Shown: positions 1-8,613 of the stretch, piece after piece
Layout: every line of letters begins with the position of its first letter
Numbering within the stretch: position 1 is the stretch's first letter
Assembly (NCBI GenBank): GCA_023134135.1
Contig: JAGLVB010000005.1
Span: 19,715-83,714, forward strand
Length of the DNA stretch: 64,000 bases
From: Candidatus Aenigmatarchaeota archaeon
Lineage (GTDB): Archaea > Aenigmatarchaeota > Aenigmatarchaeia > QMZS01
Direction: 5' to 3'
Program-made: the position numbers and the translations under genes
The notes under the pieces: generated by a model
Told to the model about the DNA's origin: nothing
Databases searched by the model: none
The model's input: the letters and a program-made list of their open reading frames with translations, nothing else

Positions 1-2
1 GG

Positions 3-257
3 GGATACAGAGCTATCAGAAAAAAAGACTTTGAAAAACTTAATTTAAAGAGCAATGATTTCACAATAGAAACGGAAATGAATTTAAAGTCAATAAAAAA
101 TGATTTCAAAGTGGGGCAAATAAACACACCTCTACTTCCCCGTTGCGGAGGGATTAAAGAAAGTAAATTTATCTGGGATGTAAAAAGCTGGATAAAAATC
201 ACCAAAATGGTTTTGAAATTCAAAGTTGCATCAAAATCACATAAACAGTGTATCTAA
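3..257 (+). CDS. C-terminal fragment of a GT2-like glycosyltransferase (5' end outside window)
   Basis: The frame is open from the window edge to TAA at 255-257. It translates GYRAIRKKDFEKLNLKSNDFTIETEMNLKSIK..., like the C-terminal part of dolichyl-phosphate-sugar-type GT2 enzymes. It is absent from the ORF track because it has no start. Confidence 0.4.
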   Translation, partial: GYRAIRKKDFEKLNLKSNDFTIETEMNLKSIKNDFKVGQINTPLLPRCGGIKESKFIWDVKSWIKITKMVLKFKVASKSHKQCI

Positions 258-1298
258 AAATATTTTTAAACTTTTCTTTGTATTCCATTTAGGATTCAGA
301 CCATTGTATTTTTTTGCTTTTTTCAAATCTTCCTTTAAATTTAATTTGTCCTGTGAAATGCAATAAAAGTTTTTCCTTTTCAGGTGAAATTCTCCAAGAT
401 ATTCCTGCTCGGTCTGGTTTTTTGTTGGAACAAACAAAGCTTTTCTTCCGGTTTCAGCAAGGTCCATGATAGTAGAATACCCGCTCCTCGTTACAACTAT
501 TTTACTTCTATTCAAGAGTTCTTCTCTTTTACTATTTTCAAGATAAGAATATATTTGCGCGTTTCCTCTTGTCTCTGAAAACTTTTTCTCAGGAGTTCCC
601 AAACTTACAACAATTTTCCCATTCAGTTCCCCCACCTGATTTAAAACAGTTTCCTCAAAAACTTTCCTCTGAACCTCAGGTCCTGAAATTGATATGAAAA
701 CATCCACATCTTCTTTTAGATTTCTTTTATGAAAACTGGAAATCGCCCCGAAATAAACAATTTTGTTTTTATTGAAAAATTTCAGGTTATGACTTAAATC
801 ACCGGACAAAGAATTCTCAAAATCCGGAAAATCAGGCACAAGAATTTTATTAAATTTTTTCTGCAACTTGGAATTAAAATATTCAGTAAAATAAGTCATT
901 CCAAAAGGCGCGATAAATCTTAATTGATGCGCGATGAAATAAGAAGGAACTTTTGAAAAAATTCCATACTTTGAATCTGAAACAATTAATTTTATTTTTT
1001 CTTTTCTTACAATCTTTTCAATCTGCTCATGCTCTTTTCTTATATTATTTAATATTGCGGGAAGACAAAAAGAAAATTTTAAGAAAAAAAACGAAGGGTT
1101 TTTTGTGAAAGGTTGCGGGTAATCAGGAATATCTATAAATTTTACATTTTCCTCTATCAGACTATGCCTTGCTGCCACCAAGGTTCTCCCTGTGGAAACA
1201 ACAAAAATTTCATTTTCTTCCGCAAGTTTTTTTATGATTGGAAGGCTTCTCGTTAAGTGCCCCAAACCCCAGGAACAAACCGCATATAGGATTTTCAT
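237..1298 (-). CDS. Glycosyltransferase, GT1/GT28-like (MJ1255-type)
   Basis: 353-aa ORF. N-terminal ILYAVCSWGLGHLTRS motif is typical of MurG/UDP-glycosyltransferase-like GT-B proteins. It lies in a glycosyltransferase cluster. Confidence 0.6.
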   Translation of the reverse strand: MKILYAVCSWGLGHLTRSLPIIKKLAEENEIFVVSTGRTLVAARHSLIEENVKFIDIPDYPQPFTKNPSFFFLKFSFCLPAILNNIRKEHEQIEKIVRKEKIKLIVSDSKYGIFSKVPSYFIAHQLRFIAPFGMTYFTEYFNSKLQKKFNKILVPDFPDFENSLSGDLSHNLKFFNKNKIVYFGAISSFHKRNLKEDVDVFISISGPEVQRKVFEETVLNQVGELNGKIVVSLGTPEKKFSETRGNAQIYSYLENSKREELLNRSKIVVTRSGYSTIMDLAETGRKALFVPTKNQTEQEYLGEFHLKRKNFYCISQDKLNLKEDLKKAKKYNGLNPKWNTKKSLKIFLDTLFM

Positions 1299-1420
1299 AA
1301 TGAATAAATGAAATTAATTTTATTAACCGCTGGTAAATTTATATTTTGGATAACCCTCTCAAGAACTCAGGGATTATTACAGACCTCATAATTTAATTTG
1401 AAAAATACTAAATCACCTGC

Positions 1421-2128
1421 TTATTTTTTATAATTTTTTCTGGTATAACCATCAACCGAAATATTTAAATTATATTTACTTTTAAGCACATTTATCAACC
1501 AATTAATTAATGTTTTTACAAGACCGCATTCTTCATATCTGCGCATGGAAAATAATACTTTCATTTTTGAATCATACTTTAGTTTTCCTTTCTTTTTGAG
1601 TCTTAATGGTAATTCAAAATCATCTCCTGCATTATAATTCTTGTACCCTCCAACAGAAAGAAATTGTTTTTTTCTAAAAGCCATATTTGCTCCAACTGTT
1701 AAATAAACCTGAAAATAATATACAATTTGTATGCCAGTATTTAAAAACTTAAGATATAAACGATTCTTAAATGTATTTTCAAGCGGTTCCTGTTTACCAT
1801 AAAAACATATAAATTTATTATTTTTAAAATTCTCTTTTATCCTCTCCAGCCAATCCTTATGAACCAGACAATCAGCATCAGTTGTTGCAATTAAATCATA
1901 TTTCGCCAACTTAACGCCATCATTTCTTGCGCCGCCAACACCCTTGCTTTTTTGCTGGATTACTTTATCCGCATATTTTTTCGCAATTTTTACGGTTTTA
2001 TCTTTGCTCTGTCCGTCAACAACAATAATTTCATATTCCTTTCTAGGAAGAGTTTGATTTAACAAAGATTTGAGACAGTTCTCAACATTTTTTTCTTCAT
2101 TGTAAGTTGGAATTATTACGGATATCAT
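1421..2128 (-). CDS. Glycosyltransferase family 2
   Basis: ISVIIPTYNEE start, VVDGQSKD and TDAD (DxD) motifs of GT-A fold GT2 enzymes. Confidence 0.85.
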   Translation of the reverse strand: MISVIIPTYNEEKNVENCLKSLLNQTLPRKEYEIIVVDGQSKDKTVKIAKKYADKVIQQKSKGVGGARNDGVKLAKYDLIATTDADCLVHKDWLERIKENFKNNKFICFYGKQEPLENTFKNRLYLKFLNTGIQIVYYFQVYLTVGANMAFRKKQFLSVGGYKNYNAGDDFELPLRLKKKGKLKYDSKMKVLFSMRRYEECGLVKTLINWLINVLKSKYNLNISVDGYTRKNYKK

Positions 2129-2132
2129 AATA

Positions 2133-3119
2133 TTAATTGATTATTGAATTATATAATTTTAAGTGTCTGTCGGCAACTTTACCCGCATCATATTTCTTAA
2201 TAAAATCATTAATTTTTCTAGTATTTTTTTGATTGGGTAATAACTTTTGAATTAATTTTTCTATATCATCCATTTCTTCAAAATAAGAGATATTATTTCT
2301 AAATACTTCTTTAAATTCAGGTATATCTCTAGTAAGAACACCCAATCCTGTTGATAATGCTTCAAGGAATACAATAGGCATGCCCTCTGCATAAGAAGGA
2401 GATAAAAACAAATCTGCACCGCAATAAGCTTCGGTAATATCATCCACAAAACCCAGGAATTGAATATTTCCTTTGCAATTCTTTTTTAATTTATTAATTC
2501 TAAAATAATCTTTTGAAAAAATAGAATATGGCATGGAACCCACCCAAATAAATTTTATATTGGGTTTATTGTATGTTTCTGCAATTTTTATGAAATCATC
2601 TATTCCTTTTCTTGGCGTTTGCTGCGCAACATTCAAAATAACTTTTTCATCTTTAGAAATACCGTATTTTTTACGAAATATTTTTCTTTTATCCGAAGAA
2701 TATTTAAATTTATTTAAATCTATGCAATTTGGGATAACACTTATCTCGGTTTTTACACCCAAATCAATTAATTCCTTTTTGCAAATATTAGAGACCGCAA
2801 TAATATGGTCATAAGAATTATACATTTTTTTGTAGAAAGATTCAAATTTTAATCCCCCCTGAAAATTACTTTGATTGAGTCTTGGCGTTGAATGAGCCGT
2901 AATAATTTTTGTGCCCTTTGCGATTTTTTTATAAAATATTGCTTTAGGTCCAAAAGTATGAAAATGTATAATATCAAAACACCGTTTATTAGAGTTCCAT
3001 AATGGACTGCATACCTTCTCCAACCCTTTATACAAATACTGCGCTGCAGTGGAGCATCCAAGATATTTCAACCACCCGGAATCCTCAACAACAAAATTGA
3101 TACTTATTTTTCCATTCAT
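2133..3119 (-). CDS. Glycosyltransferase family 4 (group 1)
   Basis: C-terminal SPSYAEGMPIVFLEALSTG segment matches the GT4 E-x7-E region. GT-B length. Confidence 0.8.
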   Translation of the reverse strand: MNGKISINFVVEDSGWLKYLGCSTAAQYLYKGLEKVCSPLWNSNKRCFDIIHFHTFGPKAIFYKKIAKGTKIITAHSTPRLNQSNFQGGLKFESFYKKMYNSYDHIIAVSNICKKELIDLGVKTEISVIPNCIDLNKFKYSSDKRKIFRKKYGISKDEKVILNVAQQTPRKGIDDFIKIAETYNKPNIKFIWVGSMPYSIFSKDYFRINKLKKNCKGNIQFLGFVDDITEAYCGADLFLSPSYAEGMPIVFLEALSTGLGVLTRDIPEFKEVFRNNISYFEEMDDIEKLIQKLLPNQKNTRKINDFIKKYDAGKVADRHLKLYNSIIN

Positions 3120-3169
3120 CTTCCACCCGTTCTCATAATTATTAGATTATGACCTATTGTCCTCATAAT

Positions 3170-4477
3170 TTATTGTATAAAATTATTATTTTTAACATAA
3201 TCCCTTGCTGATTTTATACAGGCATCCATATTCAGATATTTATATTCTGAAAATCTGCCGCACAAATCAATTCCCAATCCTTCAAAAAATTTATGAATTT
3301 TGATTATGTTTTTTTCATATTCCAAATCATAAACAACATAAGCGTATTTTAATCTTATGATTTTCCGATAACAGACAAGATTTTTATCAATTATTTTTTT
3401 ATCATCCAAATCATCTATTACTTTTTTTATAATCTCATCATCTTTCATCCTGGAAATATTATCTCCATCATTGAAAGTTATCTCAGCCACAACAGAAGAT
3501 TTTCCTTCAGGGGTCATATAGAAACTGTTGTTTTTAGGGAAAACAATCCTGTGAGGCAATACATTTCTATTAGGAATATAAAGCCAGTGCAAATCATTTA
3601 ATTTATCAGTATCCAACCCAAGCATCACAGTTATCAATGAATTGTATTTCAATTTATTTATTGCATTAATTATTTCTTCCGGCACTTCATCCAGCAGGTT
3701 TACTAAATCAATCAGAGGCATTGTTGAAACAATCTGGTCAAACACTTTTTTTTCATTGTTTCCATAAACAACCCATTTCCCCTCTTCCTTTTTAATTGAA
3801 GTTATCCTGAATTCTTTAGTTATCTTGTCTTTTATTTTTTCTTCCAGCGGATGTATCAATGCCTGTATCCCTCCCTGTTTAGGATAATGAAAATAAGACT
3901 GGTGGGTATAACCCTCTGTCTCTATTCCAAGAGAAGATTTTATAATATCTTCGGATGGGGGTTTTGGTATCCTGCCATCAACCCAAAAAGTTGCCATATT
4001 TTCTGTTTTGAAATTCCATATTTTTTCATTATAAGGTATCATATACTTCTCAGCAATTCCTTTTCCAAAAGTCTGGTAAATCCATTCATTGAAGTTTTTC
4101 GGGGTATTATATTTCCGATTCAGGGTTTTTATAAATCCGTTCAAACATTCAAAATTATCCTCTTTTGGCAATCCTGACAATCCATTCTCAAATGGATATT
4201 TAACAAAACGGTCTTTGTAAAAAATCTTTGTATTCCTTTTACTCCTTACTTTATTATCCCCCAAAATATCTAATTTAAAATTTAGAATTCCCTTGTCTTT
4301 TGAAAAGATAATATGCCCCCCCGCAATATCAAAGGTAAATCCATCTTCCTGTATTGTCCTGCAGAGACCCCCGCATTCATTGTTTTTTTCAAGTATTTCA
4401 AAATCAAGGTTTTGTTTCTTCAGCAAATATCCTATAGTCAACCCGGTAAGACCTCCGCCAAGGATACCTAAACCCAT
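3170..4477 (-). CDS. FAD-dependent oxidoreductase (amine oxidase / UDP-galactopyranose mutase-like)
   Basis: N-terminal GILGGGLTGLT...LEKNNECGG dinucleotide-binding motif. 435 aa. Adjacent to glycosyltransferases. Confidence 0.7.
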   Translation of the reverse strand: MGLGILGGGLTGLTIGYLLKKQNLDFEILEKNNECGGLCRTIQEDGFTFDIAGGHIIFSKDKGILNFKLDILGDNKVRSKRNTKIFYKDRFVKYPFENGLSGLPKEDNFECLNGFIKTLNRKYNTPKNFNEWIYQTFGKGIAEKYMIPYNEKIWNFKTENMATFWVDGRIPKPPSEDIIKSSLGIETEGYTHQSYFHYPKQGGIQALIHPLEEKIKDKITKEFRITSIKKEEGKWVVYGNNEKKVFDQIVSTMPLIDLVNLLDEVPEEIINAINKLKYNSLITVMLGLDTDKLNDLHWLYIPNRNVLPHRIVFPKNNSFYMTPEGKSSVVAEITFNDGDNISRMKDDEIIKKVIDDLDDKKIIDKNLVCYRKIIRLKYAYVVYDLEYEKNIIKIHKFFEGLGIDLCGRFSEYKYLNMDACIKSARDYVKNNNFIQ

Positions 4478-4509
4478 TTATAAATTCAGATAAAAATTTA
4501 AGTGTTGTT

Positions 4510-4935
4510 TTAAGGTATATTTATTCTCCTTTTATAGGTCGGCTCAACAACAAATTTATCACCCTCTACGCTCGGTGCCTTTACTAAATAAAATGTTAAG
4601 GGACCATATTCTTTTGGGTCATCTAGGGATAGTATCCTGTGTATTTCTCCGGGTTTTACTTTCAATATATCCTTTGGTTTCATCTCACACTCTTCCTCTT
4701 CATTTACCAACAAAGTACCTAAACCCCCAATCACTGTATAAACCTCTTCCATATATTCATGATAATGCGGCTGATGATGCTCCGGGATATATTCAGATAA
4801 ACTATCAAATGCTATTTCAAGGTTTGGATCCCCATTCCAATAACCATGGTAAGGAGAATAAACAATACCTGCTCCATCTTCTCTAAATTTTTTTCCAAAA
4901 TCATCTAAAGGATTCCATTTTCTAATATTTACCAT
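4510..4935 (-). CDS. Cupin domain protein
   Basis: HHQPHYHEYMEEVYTVIGGLG matches the cupin motif 1 pattern (HxH...E...G). 141 aa. Confidence 0.6.
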   Translation of the reverse strand: MVNIRKWNPLDDFGKKFREDGAGIVYSPYHGYWNGDPNLEIAFDSLSEYIPEHHQPHYHEYMEEVYTVIGGLGTLLVNEEEECEMKPKDILKVKPGEIHRILSLDDPKEYGPLTFYLVKAPSVEGDKFVVEPTYKRRINIP

Positions 4936-5001
4936 TAATAAATGGTTATAATCTAATATATATAGTTTTCGGTAATGGAATATATATTATTAAGTATCTA
5001 T

Positions 5002-5511
5002 TTAAATCCCAAACGAAATTGTTTTATCTAGTTTATCTTTCTTTTCCCTGGTTAAAAAGCCAATCTTGTCCCTGAAAATTTCGCACCTGCTTTTTCCCTC
5101 AATATACAATGAATAATATCCGCCACTATTATAAATTACTGAATTTACATTCTCAGAATCCAAAAGTTTTTTTAGATTTTCAAGTTGTTCTCTTTTACCG
5201 GACATCCTTATAATTCTGGTTACAATTGATATTGAACTCTTTCCCTCAAAAAATCCTCTTAAAAAACCAGTTCTTTCACCTTTATTCTCTAAATCAGGAA
5301 TTTTGGTCTTGTCAATGCCAAAATTTTTAATTAAATTTTTTCCAGTTATCTTAACTGAATAACCTCTCGAAGTGCTTTTCATAGTTGCAAGAGCTATCAG
5401 GCTGCAAATCAGCTCAGCAAGTTCCTTTCTTTTTGTCTGAATCTCAATTATATTCTTTGATTTCACTGAACCGCATGAATAAAGCAAACCAATAAGTTCA
5501 AGATTTTCCAT
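5002..5511 (-). CDS. Free-standing LAGLIDADG-like protein
   Basis: Two LAGLIDADG-type helices (LIGLLYSCGSV near the N-terminus and GFLRGFFEGKSS mid-protein) in a 169-aa ORF. No host gene or intein context. Confidence 0.4.
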   Translation of the reverse strand: MENLELIGLLYSCGSVKSKNIIEIQTKRKELAELICSLIALATMKSTSRGYSVKITGKNLIKNFGIDKTKIPDLENKGERTGFLRGFFEGKSSISIVTRIIRMSGKREQLENLKKLLDSENVNSVIYNSGGYYSLYIEGKSRCEIFRDKIGFLTREKKDKLDKTISFGI

Positions 5512-5589
5512 AATATATATTCAAGTATAATCAGGATTACTGGGAATTTCCTGTTATTTTTGCCTAACCTAAATTAATTATATTTAATT

Positions 5590-6009
5590 ATGCAGGAAAG
5601 ACAAGTTGCTCATAAGATGGATATAAAAGCCGCAAATAGCGGAAAATATGTTCAGATAGACAGAACCTCTGAAGAAGACAAATATACGCCAAATTATGTT
5701 GAAATGGAAGATGGGAAGAAAATTTCAAGAGTGAGGATTATGGCGACAGTTCTGGACAAATATGTTTCTGAAGATGGAAATTACGCCAGCCTGACACTTG
5801 ACGACACTACAGACACAATCAGGTGCAAAATATTCAAAGAACTTGATATAATTGAAACTATTGAAAAAGGGGATTTAGTTGATCTTGTTGGGAAACTAAA
5901 AGAATACAATGAGGAACGGTATATACAACCAGAAATTATGGTGAGAATAGAAAATCCAAATTTTGAGGTTTTGAGAATACTTGAATTGAAGAAAAGCGTG
6001 ATTAATTAA
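5590..6009 (+). CDS. OB-fold nucleic-acid-binding protein (RPA/Stn1-like)
   Basis: ISRVRIMATVLDKYVSEDGNYASLTLDDTTDTIRCKIF...GDLVDLVGKLKEYNEERYI is the typical OB-fold pattern of small archaeal RPA-like proteins. Confidence 0.45.
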   Translation: MQERQVAHKMDIKAANSGKYVQIDRTSEEDKYTPNYVEMEDGKKISRVRIMATVLDKYVSEDGNYASLTLDDTTDTIRCKIFKELDIIETIEKGDLVDLVGKLKEYNEERYIQPEIMVRIENPNFEVLRILELKKSVIN

Positions 6010-6057
6010 TGATATTTAATATTATTGGTTTATTATACAAAATAATTTTGAGATATT

Positions 6058-6804
6058 ATGGAACAAAATAAAACAGTATTAATAACTGGTGCCTCATCGG
6101 GTATAGGCAAAGAAATTGCAATTCAATTGGCTAAACAAAATATAAAAATTTGTATCAATTTTTCAAAATCAAAAGAAAAAGCGGAAGAAGTACAACAAGA
6201 AATTGAAAAATTCGGCGGTAAAGCAGTTATTTTTCAAGCCGACATTTCTAAAGAAGATGAGGTTAAAAAAATGTTTGATTTTGTTTTATCTAAATTTGGC
6301 GCACTTGATATTTTGATAAACAACGCAGGAATTGATATCCCTGAATCAATTGAAACTTATAATTATGAAAATTGGAAAAAAATATTTGATGTTAATTTAA
6401 ACGGAAAATTTTTATGCACAAAATATGCAATCTCTTTACTTAAAAAATCATCAGCACCCAGAATTATTAATATTGCCTCGCGTTTTGCTTTGAAACCATT
6501 TGAAGAAGCGAGCGCTTATTGTTGCGCTGAATCGGGTATAGTTATGTTTACACAAGTATCTGCAATAGAGCTATCAAAATACAATATCAAAGTAAATACT
6601 ATTAGTCCGGGATTAACCAAAACACCTCTAACTGAAAATATTTGTACTGAAGAAGATTTTGATAATTATGCAAAAAGAAATCCTTCTAAGAGAATTGGAA
6701 AACCCTCGGATATTGCAAATGCTGTTTTATTTTTAATTTCAAGTAAATCCGAATTTATTAATGGAGAAAATATTAATGTGAGTGGCGGTATTCTATTAAA
6801 ATAA
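6058..6804 (+). CDS. Short-chain dehydrogenase/reductase (FabG-like) with atypical active site
   Basis: TGASSGIGKE cofactor motif and NNAG are present. The catalytic region reads SAYCCAESG instead of Y-x-x-x-K. Confidence 0.8.
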   Translation: MEQNKTVLITGASSGIGKEIAIQLAKQNIKICINFSKSKEKAEEVQQEIEKFGGKAVIFQADISKEDEVKKMFDFVLSKFGALDILINNAGIDIPESIETYNYENWKKIFDVNLNGKFLCTKYAISLLKKSSAPRIINIASRFALKPFEEASAYCCAESGIVMFTQVSAIELSKYNIKVNTISPGLTKTPLTENICTEEDFDNYAKRNPSKRIGKPSDIANAVLFLISSKSEFINGENINVSGGILLK

Positions 6805-6847
6805 TTCAAATATTTAAATTCATAAAAAATAAAGGAATCAACAAAAT

Positions 6848-7780
6848 TCAGAAAACAGAAAATGAACTCAATACCACAAATTTGATTATATAAAACAAAG
6901 TCAAATCTATTACCAACAGCATGCCAATATATTTAAGCCCCGCAAGTTCTTTTCCTTCCTGAATCAATCCAATCAATATCCCGCCGAATATTGAAGATAT
7001 AATCATCATGGCTATGGAATAATAAAGAAGAAATTCCTCAGATAAATTAACGCCAGACATAGTCAATTGAATTGCTCCTGTTGCCATTGGCTCATCAGGC
7101 AGAACGCCCCCCAGACCGATTAATGTTTCAGTTAGAAACAATGATGCTGAATACAACAAAGGAGCTCCAAAACTCAACGCAAGAAATATAAACATTGAAT
7201 AAGCAGTCACCTGCGCTTTTATCTCTTTCCTCAACATAGAAGTGCTTTTTATATCATCAGCGAGACCTTCAAGCAACAGAGAAAGACTGCTGCCCTTTAC
7301 AATTCCTTCCACTATCAGATTTGATGTTTTCCTTAAAACCGGAGAATTTATTTTCGCAGGGATTGCCTCAAAAGCATCTTTTATCTGCCGCCCCACAATC
7401 AAAAATTTCCCAGCTTCATTTATCTGTTCGCTAAGCGGACCAAACTCCGGTCTGGCACTCACAAGCAAAGCTTTCTCTGGAATTAACCCCGCTCTTAAAT
7501 TAGAAGAAATTAATCTCAATGCGTCAGGCAACATCTCATCCGCCAAAGAAGCCCTCTTGTTTGAAACCATCACCAAAGTAAGATGCATTATACCTTCAAC
7601 AACAAGCAAAATCACCAAAGGAATTATGCAATAAATCCATCCAAAGAAAAGATATAAAGTCAACCCAAATATTAAAAATATCAATGGAAGCGAAGAGGTA
7701 ATTTTAATGAATGTATCGCTCTCCATCTTTATCCCACTATATTTTATATATTTCTTAACCCACTCAGCATACCTTCCCAT
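6848..7780 (-). CDS. Type IV filament platform protein, single T2SSF domain (TadC/FlaJ-half-like)
   Basis: Polytopic membrane protein with a soluble T2SSF-like segment (LRLISSNLRAGL...). Immediately downstream of a similar gene and the secretion ATPase. Confidence 0.7.
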   Translation of the reverse strand: MGRYAEWVKKYIKYSGIKMESDTFIKITSSLPLIFLIFGLTLYLFFGWIYCIIPLVILLVVEGIMHLTLVMVSNKRASLADEMLPDALRLISSNLRAGLIPEKALLVSARPEFGPLSEQINEAGKFLIVGRQIKDAFEAIPAKINSPVLRKTSNLIVEGIVKGSSLSLLLEGLADDIKSTSMLRKEIKAQVTAYSMFIFLALSFGAPLLYSASLFLTETLIGLGGVLPDEPMATGAIQLTMSGVNLSEEFLLYYSIAMMIISSIFGGILIGLIQEGKELAGLKYIGMLLVIDLTLFYIIKFVVLSSFSVF

Positions 7781-7782
7781 AA

Positions 7783-8613
7783 TTATTCTATCCGGGGTCT
7801 TTTTGATTTAACAACCCCTATAAACACAAACTGGAAAACAACAATAACCAACAATATCAATGCTAAAAGCCCTTCATTTATCGCAAAATTAGAAAAAAAT
7901 GAAAGGATAATCAGGAAAGTGATTCCTATTGAAGGTATTATTATTGCAAAAATCATATACACTAAAGCGAGGGAATTTAACTGACCCCCATACATCTTAA
8001 TTTTAGTCTTCTGTTCAAGAGAATATTCTTTCACAAGTTCTTCAATAGTGCCTGAAAGATCAGAACCTGAACGAATAGCATTAAGTATCTGCCAGAGCGC
8101 CCTTCTAAAATTTATGCTTGGATTTTTAATCATCAGCTCTTCAAGAGCCTGCGTTTCAGAAACCCCATATGAAATATTTCTTACCAATTTTGAAAATTCA
8201 ACAGACACTGCGCCGTAATCTGATTTGCTCAACGAGACAAAAGAATCATAATTATTAATTCCTGACCTCATCTCAACCAGCAAATGCCTTAAAGAAAAAA
8301 GAAGATTTGCTTCAATATCCAACACTCTCTTTGAAACAATCATGCTTGGACCTAAAAGATTATATATAAAAACAACTGCTGATATAAAGACAGGAATAAA
8401 AACCACAAAACCTATAAAATTACCTCCCGGACTCACAATAAAATTAAATAAAAGCATGATAATCAAACCAAAGAATCCGAAAAAGAATGAAGTTATTATT
8501 GATTTGCCAAGATATTCATCAGCAGATACCTCCATCTCAGCCTGTTTCAACCTGACACTTAAACTTGGAAATAAGGGAAGTAAAAGTTTCCCTATTTTTT
8601 TCGCCCTTTTCAT
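7783..8613 (-). CDS. Type IV filament platform protein, single T2SSF domain (TadB/FlaJ-half-like)
   Basis: Membrane protein with a T2SSF-like soluble segment (LRHLLVEMRSGINNYDSF...ALWQILNAIRSG). Its stop lies 2 nt from the next start, and its start overlaps the ATPase stop. Confidence 0.7.
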   Translation of the reverse strand: MKRAKKIGKLLLPLFPSLSVRLKQAEMEVSADEYLGKSIITSFFFGFFGLIIMLLFNFIVSPGGNFIGFVVFIPVFISAVVFIYNLLGPSMIVSKRVLDIEANLLFSLRHLLVEMRSGINNYDSFVSLSKSDYGAVSVEFSKLVRNISYGVSETQALEELMIKNPSINFRRALWQILNAIRSGSDLSGTIEELVKEYSLEQKTKIKMYGGQLNSLALVYMIFAIIIPSIGITFLIILSFFSNFAINEGLLALILLVIVVFQFVFIGVVKSKRPRIE

